Origin: Nymphaea colorata
Lineage: Eukaryota
Reading direction: 5' to 3'
Length of the DNA stretch: 64,000 bases
Assembly (NCBI RefSeq): GCF_008831285.2
Contig: NC_045138.2
Span: 7,812,001-7,876,000, forward strand
The translations under genes and the position numbers were made by a program. The notes under the pieces are model-generated. The model had not been told where the DNA came from and ran no database searches. It saw nothing but the letters and a program-made list of their open reading frames with translations. Positions 12,501 to 24,148 of the stretch are shown piece after piece. How positions within the stretch are numbered: the stretch's first letter is position 1; the number at the start of each line of letters is the position of its first letter.

Positions 12501-15500
12501 GCTTTAGAAACTGATCATCATTGCACAATCAGCACGTCCAGCAGCACTTGCACTTCATGTGTGGTGGTTTCTAGATCTGACCATGATGCCACGATCAGCA
12601 CATGTCATGTTTGGTGGTTCCATGCCTCACACGATCAGAACATGTCATGCTTGGTGGTTCCAGCCTCACACGATCAGCACGTCATGCTTGGTAGAAACGT
12701 CTATCTTAATATCCCCCTTCAAACTGGACTGGTGTTGTAGTGCAGACTGAGTTTGTTTCTCAAGAAAATGAACCGTGCTCTTCCCAAGGGCTTCGTGAAT
12801 ATATCAGCGATCTGATCGGTTGAAGGAATATACCTGGTTTCAAGGAGCTTGGCAGCCACTCTTTCTCAAACATAATGATAGTCCAATTCAATATGTTTGG
12901 ACTGACTATGTTGCACTGGGTTGATGGTCATGTGTAATGCTGATTGATTATCGCAGAACACAATAGGTGTTTGTGTATATCAACTCCAATATCTCTTAGG
13001 ATATAATTGATCCAAGTTATTTCAGCTGCTGCTGCAACTAGTGCACGATACTCTGCCTCTGAACTTGATCGTACTACAGTGGGCTGCTTTTTGGCAGACC
13101 AAGAGATGCAATTAGGCTCAAGGTATATGTTGTAGCCTGTTGTTGAATGCGGAGTGATTGGGCATCCTGCCCAGTCAGTGTCTGAGTACCGCTGTAGAAG
13201 CATAGATTCTATAGGTTTTATTCTTAAACCATAATTGATAGTGGCCTTTACGTACCTGAGGATTTTCTTCACCAGTTGGAAATGAAATTGTGATGGTGAC
13301 TGCATATAATGAGACACAAAATTCACATTATAGACTAAATCCGAGCATGTGAAAGTTAAGTATTGTAAGCTACCAACCAAACTCCTGAAAAGGGTAGCAT
13401 CTTGGAAATTTGATGTAGGCTGATTACAGTAGGGAGATTCTCCCATGGGTGTGCTGCTAGGTTTACAATCTAGCATGTTAGCTCGCTTGAGGATCTCCTT
13501 GGCATATCTAGTCTGGTTTAAAAACATACCTGCTTCATTTTGTTGGACCTGTACACCAAGGAAATAATGGACGCTGCCTAGATTTTTCATAGCAAAGGTG
13601 TGGCTGATGTTTGAAATGAATGCTTTCAATGTGTTAGGCTTGTCACCAGTTATAAGTATATCGTCGACATACAGAAGTAACCATATGACTCCATGTTCTC
13701 CTTTGCGTATGAATAAAGATGAATCTGCTGGACTACAAAAGAATCCATAGTTTAATAGGAAATCACTGAATTTATTAAACCACATCCTAGCAGATTGGTG
13801 CAACCCATATATGGCTTTGTTCAACTTATAGACATGATTGGGCTTATATGGGTCCTTGAATCCTGGTGGTTGATCCATATACACAGGTTCTTCCAACTCG
13901 CCATGGAGGAATGCATTCTTTATATTAATTTGATGTATCATCAATCCTCTAGAGAGAGCAACGGTGAAGATAATTTTGATTGTTGTAGGTTTAATAACTG
14001 GTGAAAAAGTTTTCACAAAATCTATACCTGGAAGTTGGTTGTATCCCTTAGCCACGACTCTAGCCTTGAATCGCTCTAAGCTGCCATCTGCTTTTACTTT
14101 GGTTTTAAACACTCACTTGCAGCCGATAATGTGCATAGATTGTTCTTTGGGAACCAAATCCCATGTTTTTGTTCGTTTGAGAGCATATATTTCCTCCTTC
14201 ATTGCATCCATCCAACCTGTATCTGACAAAGCTTCTTTAATGAAGCTTGGTTCCTTAGGCAATTTTTTGCAAGTTAGTGAATACCGAGGATTCGGTCTCA
14301 CTACTCCATGCATTGAGCGAGTTATCATTTGTCTTACCGGAACAGGTGCAACCTCTGTATGATCAGTTCCAAGCAGTTCATCAGAGGATGTAGAATTTTC
14401 TTCCATGTCACCATGCTCTTCTCGTAGTTCACCGATGTCATCTTGTGAATAGGTGTGTTGCTCTTGACTTACTTCCTTGATTCCATGCATTTTTGTGAGA
14501 TCACTAGCTGTTCTGTCTTGGCTAACGTTTTGTTTTTGCTCTCCACTAAGTTGGCCTTTACTCGCCTCTTCATCAGCAGGAAACCATGGTTTATATCCAA
14601 CATCAAAAATTTGAGTTTTTGCATCGCCTATAATTTTAAATGAATATACATTTTCATTAAAAATACACTGCCTCGAAATATATACACCCCCTGTTTTAAC
14701 ATGTAGGCACCTATAACCTTTATGCATTGCACTATAGCACAAGAAAACGCAGGGCAATGATCTTGGATTGAGTTTATGCTTGATATAATCTCTTAGGTAT
14801 AAGAAGCATAAGGATCCAAAAATTCTCATATAACTGTAGTCAGGCTTAGTTTTAAATAAATTATCATATGGAGAGGTCATATTCAGCCTAGGTGAAGGAA
14901 CTCTATTATGAACCCAAACTGTAGTATTGAATGTCTCAACCCAATATTTGGGAGGCAAACCAGCATGGAACATCACAGCTAACGTAAGTTCTGTAATAAC
15001 CCTATGTTTTCTCTCTACCTATCCATTTTGTTGTGGCGTATATGGGCAGGACATCATGTGCTGAATTTCATTTTCTTGAAAAATTTTCATCCTGAAATTA
15101 TCAAATTTTGTTCCACCATCTGAGTGAAACGCTTTGATCATTTTATTAAACTGGTTCTTCACATATATGATGAATCTTTCAAAACAATGCACAAATTCTG
15201 ATTTTTCTTTTAAAGGAAAAAGCCAACAGAATTTGGTTAAATCATCAACGAATATTGCATAATACCTCATGCCTTGAACTGAATTGACTGGTGACGGACC
15301 CCACAAGTCACAAGGTAGTATGTCAAAAGGTTGTGCATCCCTATTATCAACAGAAAAGAAAGGGAGACGAGAAGATTTTGCCATAGAACAACCAGCACAT
15401 AGATTTCTTTCTGTAATGTTCGAACTACAAATCTGGTTTTGTTTATTCAAGAACTTTAAAACTCCAAAATTAACATGAGCTAATCTTCTATGCCATGTTT

Positions 15501-18500
15501 CTAAACTGACCACCTTTTGACGATTGGAGAAGTATACCGCCTTTGTCTATGCTGCAAAAACGTAAAGATCACCCTGCCAGTGGCCTTCAACAATCACTCG
15601 GCCTGATTCCCTGTTCTTTATTTGGAAGCGATCATGTGAAAAACAAAAATCGACATGTAAATCCTTTGTCAACTGGCTTACGGAAATCAATTTCCTCTTA
15701 ATTTCAGGAACAACTAACACATTTCTCACTTTAGTTCATCACTCTTTGAACCAATTTCGGCATCACCAATATGTGTGATTTTAAGAGCATTTCCATTACC
15801 AACGACTACTCTATCTTTCCCTTTGTATGTAGACAGGTTGTCAAGCATACCTGTGTTTGAGTAACGTGCGATGTCGCTCCAGAGTCTGGAAACCAAGCTT
15901 GATCTTGGTTGTAAGCCATAGTTTATTAGCTATGCCTCAGTAGCATCTTCTGCCTTGTAGGCATCATTAAACCTGAACCAACATTTAAGGGCAGAGTGAT
16001 TGGGTTTAGAACAAATCTGACAGGTAATACCTTTTTCCTTGTTTGTTGTAACTTTGCCTTTGTTGTCCGATGATTTTTGTTGTGCACCTATTTGGTTCGA
16101 TGACACCTGGTTTGGGTGTCCTAGTTTATCTTGTTGTCCTCGGTTGTATGGATAGAACCCTCTTCCACGAGAAGAGAATGTCGGTTTTCCTTTTCTTTGA
16201 CGATTGCTATTGAAGTCAAGTCATTGAGTGTAGAAAATAGATTGGTGCTGGACATTTTCTTCATGTTCGTTGACCAGCTTCATTGTTTCATGACTTTGGA
16301 GCAGCGGAACAACCTCCTTATAAGATGGAATTGGGGGCTTTAGCATAGATGTGATGAATGATTCATATTCTGGTCCCAATCCATTCAATGGAAGGAAAAC
16401 CTTGGTGTGATCATTCATTGGTTTTCCGATCGCCTGAAGTTCATCACATGTGCTTTTGAATATCCTGATGTAATCTGCCATATTCATATTTTTCTTCTTG
16501 TGCGTCTGCAACTTTTGCGGCTAGCAACATTCCCTTTCTTGGGAATCCAATGCGTAGGCTTGTTCAAGTGTTTTCCACACTTGTTGTGTTGTTTCTAATC
16601 CAACAACCAAGCCTAGAACATCCGTTGAGAGTGTACTTGTAATCCATCCACGCAGAAGTCGATCCGACTTCTGCCATTCCAGGTAGTGAGGATTGATTTC
16701 TTGCTTGCTACCGTTGATGATAAATTGGTCTGGTGCAGCGACTTCTCCATTGATGAATCCTTGCAAGTCTTGACTTTCAGTGATTTTGCGTTTTCCATAA
16801 AAGGAAGTTTGCTTGAGAAAGCTTTATGGAAACGAAGTTGGCCACATTCAATGTGGATGGGTAAGGAAACTTCTGATTTGATGCGTTGGGGGCAAGGAGA
16901 GAAGCCATGGTGAAGGTCTATGGTGCCTCTCTATTCATCAATCAATGATGCAAAGAGAAAAGAGGTGTGAGGCTCTGATACCACATAAAGGAAAAAATTT
17001 GCAACGGCTTTGATAAATCCTCTGTTTCTTTCATTTATTGTTGTGTGCTCATGTATCTTATGTACAGAATTACATTTGCGGTTTACAATCAATTAAGGAT
17101 AATAACTGCCCACGACCATAAATGCGCTTGGTAGTTGCCGCGCCCACACGTTCAGCATAATCAACATCATGCGCTTGATAGTTTTAGAAACTGATCATCA
17201 TCGCACGATCAGCACTCCAGCAGCATTTGCACTTCACGTTTGGTGGTTTCTAGATCTGACTATGATGCCACGATCAGCACATGTCATGCTTGGTGGTTCC
17301 AGCCTCACACGATCGTCATGCTTGGTAGAAACGTCTATCGTAATACAGTTTAAATCATTTTGATAAGCATTCTGATTTCGTAAACTCAGTAAATGCCTAC
17401 TGTGTGGTTGCTTTATTGGACTGCTCGAATGTGATAATCATAGGATCGAGTATTTTTCACTCCTTGAGATTTAATTTACTTGAATGGTTCTTTCAGTATT
17501 GTCTCAGTACTTGAGCATGTTGAAGCTGCCTCTTTGAGATCATAATTTGGTTTTCCTGGCCTTTACTTCTCAGTTATACTTTTAGTTTTTCTGATCTGCC
17601 TATGGAATGATTAGGATTCAGATCCAACGAAGAGGCTTGGTGCTGGACCTGATGGATATGCTTCTTTGAAGATGCATCCTTTCTTTAAGGGAGTCGATTG
17701 GAAAAATGTTAGGAGAACACCTGCTCCAAAGCTGGTGCCAGAGTTGCAAGTATGCTTCTTAAAATCTTGTATATTTGGAAGTCTTCTATTCCTATTGAAA
17801 TTATAATTGCTGCAAATTTGAAAGAAATAAATAGTTTGGGAGCTAAACTCTTACTAGAGCTTGGCTCCTGAAGTGTGCATGTATAGCGCTGTGTCCCTGC
17901 GCTTGAGCTTTTTGTAGATGTGTTTCACAAATGCTTCATAATTGCACCAGTTGTTGACCGACATTACTGATGTCAGCATTTGTGGTCACCAAACTGTGCA
18001 CGTCCTGTTTTTGTGAGTCCAGTTTTGAACAAGTTACTTGTGTCCTTCAGGTTGGTGAGACAGATGATGTCCAAGATTCTGAATGGGACCCTTCACATGT
18101 GGCGGATGGTCCATATCAGGCAAATGTAGACGGTGGCAGTAGTGGTGCCCCATCATCTTCTAAGGCAGCCCCAAACTTGAAGCAACTTGCATCGATTGAT
18201 TCTTTTGATTCTAAATGGTTTGCCGGTTTACATTTTGTGTTATGCATATTATGTGATGTTCCTTGTAATTGTCTATACTTTGAACTGCACTTAGGCCTGT
18301 TCTCATTCTATTGTTTTTATTAACAGGCAACAGTTTTTGGATCCAGGGGAATCAGTCATTATGATTTCTACAGTGAAGAAAGTCCAGAAGCTAACCAACA
18401 AGAAGGTGCAGCTTATCCTCACTGATAAGCCCAAGTTGATATATGTAGACCCTTCAAAGCTGATGGTAAAAGGAAATCTGATCTGGTCAGATAATCCAAA

Positions 18501-18724
18501 AGATCTTAGCGTCCAAGTTACGAGTTCCTCACATTTCAAGATCTGCACTGTATGTTTCAAAATAAGTTTGCTGTGTCGTGAGTTTCACACAAAATAATTC
18601 ACATTTAACTGCTCACTAATTTTCTCTTTTTCTTTGTCAGCCAAAAAAGGTGGTGTCTTTTGAAGATGCAAAGCAGCGAGCATGGCAGTGGAAAAAGGCC
18701 ATTGAGAGCCTTCAAAAACGTTGA
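6524..18724 (+). CDS. PDK1: 3-phosphoinositide-dependent protein kinase 1 (kinase + C-terminal PH-like domain), 11 exons, 489 aa
   Basis: Exons 6524-6691, 10291-10471, 10893-10945, 11039-11140, 11214-11325, 11405-11483, 11574-11739, 17615-17749, 18051-18217, 18327-18549, 18641-18724; all GT-AG, total 1470 nt in frame. Motifs [95 protein letters not shown] match plant PDK1. Confidence 0.97.
8086..9115. repeat. ~285-bp tandem duplication in PDK1 intron 1; second copy split by a MITE
   Basis: GGGCATAGTCAC..CTTTGTTTGAACTTTGGCCCT...CAAGTGGAAACAGAACCATC...GAGGTTAAAAAAG occurs at ~8095-8345 and again at ~8380-8455 plus 8921-9115. Confidence 0.85.
8456..8920. mobile_element. hAT-type MITE (CTAWGTCAC TIR family)
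   Basis: TIRs CTAAGTCACATGGGTAC / GTACCTATGTGACATAG; perfect 8-bp TSD CTTAGATA (8448-8455, 8921-8928). Confidence 0.92.
12305..12711 (-). repeat. 3' LTR (407 bp)
   Basis: Aligns with 16986-17345; about 24 substitutions by hand count plus indels. Confidence 0.95.
16986..17345 (-). repeat. 5' LTR (360 bp)
   Basis: Followed on the - strand by a 2-nt spacer and the tRNA-iMet PBS. Confidence 0.95.
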
Positions 18725-20489
18725 TACTCTTCACTTCAGGATTACTTACATTCTTTCTTTAAGGATTTCCACTTGTTTCTCTACTTTTTTTTTTTTGTCC
18801 CTTTCCCCACATGAATGATATTGAAACATAAATCAGTCTTCCAAAGGCACTTGTACCAGAGCAGCAAATATTTTTTCCTGGTGTTTGTCAAAAGTGTCAC
18901 ACCAATCTTGGGGACATGAAACTGTTAAAGGAAAAGAGAAAGGGTCTCTTGTTCCTGCTTGAGTAAACGTTCCATAGTGGTATGCAAGCCTTTTGATCTA
19001 AAGTTGACGCATCTTTACCTTGTAGTTCTAAGAATGATGTTGTAACTTAGTAACTTGATTGATGCATGAAGGCTCCGTCATTTATCCTCGTGAAAGGCCA
19101 CTATGGGACTTCACGATAGATAATGACCCCTGTTTAAGGATCTTCCCTTGCATGATTATCGTCGCTGAATGTTGTTGGATATGATGCGTCGGGTTTATAC
19201 CATAAGCATTTTCCTTTTTGCTTTAAATTAGGTCTGAGTGGCCTGGTTGATTGAGGCGCAATCTTTTCGTGACGATGCCAAAGCTGAGGATAAAACGTTC
19301 TTTTTTATTGAAGGCCTAGGGGAAACTGAGCCTTGGAACCTTACTGGGTGTACCTCCTGAGGTAGGCGGATCTGTAGAGCTTTTCTTTCAGATACTTTGA
19401 TTTTCTGTTCTAATGCGACGATTAAGCATCACCGGTGACAGCTCAATTTTATTGTTGTAATTTGGATTCATGATAGAAGGGTCTTGTTCTCTTAATACTT
19501 AAATGAGTATGGGTCTTTGATGGACTCAACAGCTATGGGCTAGGGATGAACATGCCAATGGGCGGTATAAGGTTGTGCGTACAGTTTGTTTAGTAGACGT
19601 TTTGTTTATTAGATTCGCTTTCCTAAAAGCCATATCAGACCGCTTAGGAGGTGTTTCCAGTTCAACCCATGGGTAGCTATGCTCTTGTACCAAAAAAAAG
19701 GGTAGGGGCTCTACATGCAAGTTGTAGCTATCTCACCACTTGGGTACCAACCCAATTTGGACCATAAGGGTAAAAGAGAGAAAGGAGGAAGGGGAAACTT
19801 CGGCTCTTGTTTGGACAGTTAAATAATCTCTCACTCACCCCAAAAAACCATATTAAATCTTTCTTCTTGATGATAAAGAACTTCAGGTTATAACAGAAAA
19901 TACCTATTTATTCAACTTATTCTCGTTGCACCAAAAGACCATTTTCTCCATTTAGAGAAGCATCCAATGCAGCCAATCCTTGCCTGTTACATTTGTTCAT
20001 ATATATATTTGTGCCACTACCATGTATTGAAAAAGGACACTTAAGTACCTAAACAGGCTTAGATAAAATCATACATAGGAAGTCTTAGTTGATGCTCTCT
20101 GTAGATATGACATCTAGTCTTTTGATGGTATTTGAAAGTTCTCTTTTCAAATATACAAATGTGACTACACAAGTGAAAACGTTCGAAATTGTCGAAACAG
20201 AAGACACTAGATTCCCATGTGCACACTGGGATATCATAAGCAAACTATATTCAATAACAATCCTGCAATATCTACAATATCAGATCAAAATAGAAAATGA
20301 CGTTTTTCATGTATACACCCGACTTTACAAGCCAAGCAAATAAAAAGTCCACTTAGATAAAAATAACTCTCAAGAATGTAATGTAAATCAGATTGGCAGG
20401 CTCGCATATGGTCATTAGTCTGGCTGCCACTCTTTTAGACTACAAACAAAGATAGTGCAATACTATAATTGATGGGTATCCATGGATCT

Positions 20490-20770
20490 TAGGAGTGGGC
20501 ATCGGGCCAGGCTTGGGCTCAATACCCAGCCTCAGCCCGGTTATAATAAAAAATACATTTTTTAAATATAAAATACATTTTTAATAATAAAATATATATT
20601 ATTAACAACAAAAAATATTTTTTAAAAATATATCAGGTCAAATCGAGCCCCATGGGGCCCATTCAGACTGGCCCATCGGGCCCATGGTCAAGAAGAGTTT
20701 TTCAGGCCTGAACCTGAGCTTATACCAGGCCCCCGCCACCGCCAGTGGCCCGACATGACGCCCAACCTTA
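20490..20770. mobile_element. hAT-type MITE (TAGG..GGGCATCGGGCC TIR family)
   Basis: Ends TAGGAGTGGGCATCGGGCC / GACGCCCAACCTTA; TSD ATGGATCT/ATCGATCT; GC-rich arms around an AT-rich core. Confidence 0.8.
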
Positions 20771-21358
20771 ATCGATCTACCTACAGATCCTGAAGCAGCC
20801 AAGAGCCCTTCAAATAGAGGAAGGCTTTGACCCTCCTTAAGGATACTTCCATTCACATGAACTTAGATGTAGCTATAGAAAAATACCCATAAATCGATAA
20901 CATTTTTGTTACTAAATTTGGTCGAACTTGGGCATTTAACTTTCCTTGATACTCCAATCTTCTTCAACGCAAACACAAATTTTTGTCACCTTCTCAGAAG
21001 GTGCTAACTTAAAAAATAACCGACTTATACATCCCAAAAAAAAGTAACCAGCTAAAGAAATGCTTTCAAGCATGTAGTGATCCTAAACTTGCGCACATCA
21101 CATCTCTAGTTTAACCCTCATTATATATACAATTTTTTTCATGAAGTTCTCTCCAAGTCTTGAAAGTCTTGACGGTGCATAAAAATATTTCAAGGTAACA
21201 AAAATTACCAATGCCGGTTGTTGACTTCCCGAATCCCCCTTACACAAATCCTCTGGTTCTGCTCCTGCACACACACGAACCTGGATCTATGATGGTAAGT
21301 GCAATTAACTGCCAGTTTACCAGATGCAACATCGAATGCAATCTTCATCTTGAAGTAA

Positions 21359-24085
21359 TCAATGTGTAGGCTTGCGTGACTTGTGTTTCTTCTTTTTCTC
21401 TCTCCATTTTGATACCCCACTAGCAGCGCGTCGCTCATCCTCGATCTCAGACACCTTCCTTTTTCTGATAATCATAGGATGATGATTTAGGAAGAAAAGC
21501 TCACAATAACCATTTGCAGCAACCAAAAGGCAGGCTTTACAGGATCCATTACCTGTACTGGTGAAATCCTCGATCGGAGAGTAACTCATCCGTAAGAGTT
21601 GCTTTCCTCTGCCTCCGAGTGAGACGGCTTGAAAAATATTCTGACACGGGTTCAACAACGGTACCCACCTGACCATTAGCCAAAAGATTTTTAAACAGGA
21701 TGTGTCTTTCAATCTTGCTATTAAAGGGAAAATATTGTATCAGTGATGGAAAAACACCAAGATGGTTAACTTACCTGGAAGTACTTTGGAAGTGTTTTAG
21801 AGTCACTTTTCTTGTAGTGTCTCTTCGGATCAATAACACTTCTCAACTGCACAGTGCACATGGATCAAAAACAGGAAGAAAAATTAACAGAACCAAACAA
21901 GTAGAACACACAGTGGCACAATCCTGATTCACAAACTTCTAGAAAAAAGAGACAATGGACACATCCAAGACTATTAGAAGCATTTGTAGAAATAAATAGA
22001 ACCAATTATCCCCTCGATAGTCCCACAAGATTCTGAGTAAAAGACAGCAACTCCTGTTTCAGGTACTAGATTAGTTATTTTTCATGTACAGGTTTTAATT
22101 CTTATGGTGGTCACAAGCACTTGGAATGTAGTGATGAAATCCATATTTTGAAGAACTGCAAACAGAATCTGCTTTGTGGCCAAGAAGAAATATAGGTATT
22201 TTAAAAAGCTTTACCCTTTCCTCTTAGCCAAAGTATAATAATCTTTCTTAAACACCAAGCAGTTGAAAGACTTTAACCCACCCAATGAATCGCTTCCCAA
22301 GCAGTATAAAAACCACACCTCTACACATACATACATATATATATACACAGGGCATAGCATGAAAAAAAGATTCGGTCTCAATTTTTTTGAGTTTTATTTT
22401 TTATTTTATTTTATTTTGATCTCATTCTAGCATTCTAGGTTCTTATTTGTTGTTACTTTCTCTAAGTCACACAGACTCTTCTATTTAGCTGTTGCACCCA
22501 AGTCGACGCGACTCAGGTGCGGACAGCCATACCAGACTATATTTGTCCAATTCCTAAGCGAACCCGACTCGCATTTGATGCGAGTCAGGTGCAGTCAACC
22601 TGCAACCCAGTCCAAATGTGTCCCATTTTTTTGGTTTTTTTGTTTTAATTTGTTAAAACATAAACGAAAAAGGTGGTTAGGGCTTCAACTCTTTTTTAGT
22701 CGAAGCTCTCACCCTTGCTACCTTTGCCCATGCCCTGCCATGCAGCGCGCTCCTCCCTCCGGTGATCTTCACAATTATCCAATGGCCAACAAGCAATCTT
22801 CCACAAGCGGCAGCAGTCTTCAACCTTTTTCCTGCAATGAGAGGCATTGATTCAACCACCATCCAACGACAAGGTAACGACAGGCATTGCTGCGCCGAGA
22901 CTCCACCATCGCTATCTCCTACAGCGACAAGAGCTGTTGTGTCTCCACCCAAATCCGTCGGAAAACAAACAGATTGAAGCTGAAGACTCTGAACCCACCA
23001 TAACCCAACCATATGCCAGATTCCAGCATAAGGAATTCGCTCCATCTGTTTGTTTTTTTGATGTGCCTTGTGTGTTTGTCTTTCACTGTGTCTCTTTTAA
23101 GTCGATTTTACTGCTGTTTTATACTTTCATATTGTGCCATCGTGATATACAGCCTATATGCCTAAACAGTACAAGGTTCTCAACTTCTCATGTTCTGTAC
23201 TTCTGCAGTTTTGTGGACGATGGTATACAGTATACACTGCTGAGTGCTGGACTGCAATTGCTATTATTGCTGGATATATTTTAGCATTTTATTTTAGAGG
23301 CTTGTTCAGTTGTTCTTGAATCTACTATAAAAGTTTCAAAGTTCAACTAACAAATATATATTGTCAGTCATCTATATATATTTTGCAACGATATAGTGAT
23401 ATATTGTCAAGTTATAGACTTATAATATATAATATAAGCTTTTGTATATATGCATTATGCATCCGACCAGCTGTTCAGTGTTGTTCTTTTGAAGTTTTAA
23501 TTTAAAAATTTCAATTTCTCCTTCTATGATTCTATCATTTTTTATGCTCTATGTTAGACTGTTCGTATGTTATATTACTAAATTACTATATATGATATAT
23601 TATATATAATATATGTTGTTTTCATATTTTATAAGCAACACAATTATGCAAGTATGTTATATTATATACATTAATAACGAAATTGTAAAAATAATATACA
23701 CATGCTCATGCTGTTATTTGTAATTACTTAACTGTCATAGAGTTTTGTTATAGTGCAGGATTTATACACATATATAATAAACTAATAAAAAAAAAAAAAT
23801 CCTTGTCACACCACCACCTCTAAATTTTTTCAGATGTGCCGCTCCGGTACCCACACCCCACACCTATGTGACAGTACTTCATTTTGGATCCAGATCCAAG
23901 AATCCATTTGTAGGCTATATAAAGATGTTCAGAGCGTCATTTGTGATTGGTTGGAATTAATGAAACCTTAATCTTCTTTGAGTTTCCCCTTCCAGTTATT
24001 TCTGTTCCTTTTCGCATTCCTTTCGATTTTTTTCTAGTTTAGTTTGGAATTAGACGGTGGGTTAGAGAGCAGTCCTCTTTCCCAA

Positions 24086-24148
<63 letters not shown>

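Larger units (their letters stand above)
12305..17345 (-). mobile_element. Full-length Ty1/Copia LTR retrotransposon with frameshifted gag-pol, in PDK1 intron 7
   Basis: LTRs 16986-17345 (5') and 12305-12711 (3'); TSD CAGTT; PBS TGGTATCAGAGCC (16971-16983, iMet type); PPT next to the 3' LTR. Gag, zinc knuckle [14 protein letters not shown], protease [11 protein letters not shown]-pre-integrase WHRRLAH, integrase DLWGPSP, RT LYVDDIL and RNase [10 protein letters not shown] occur in Copia order. Confidence 0.97.

Noticed and set aside
19180..19330. C/D-box snoRNA-like motifs (ATGATG..CTGA, GTGACGA..CTGA)
   Set aside because: C boxes are imperfect, there are no terminal stems, and only ~9 nt of recalled rRNA complementarity.
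19620..19755. tRNA-derived SINE-like sequence on the - strand
   Set aside because: A/B boxes are degenerate and mis-spaced; no TSD or tail.
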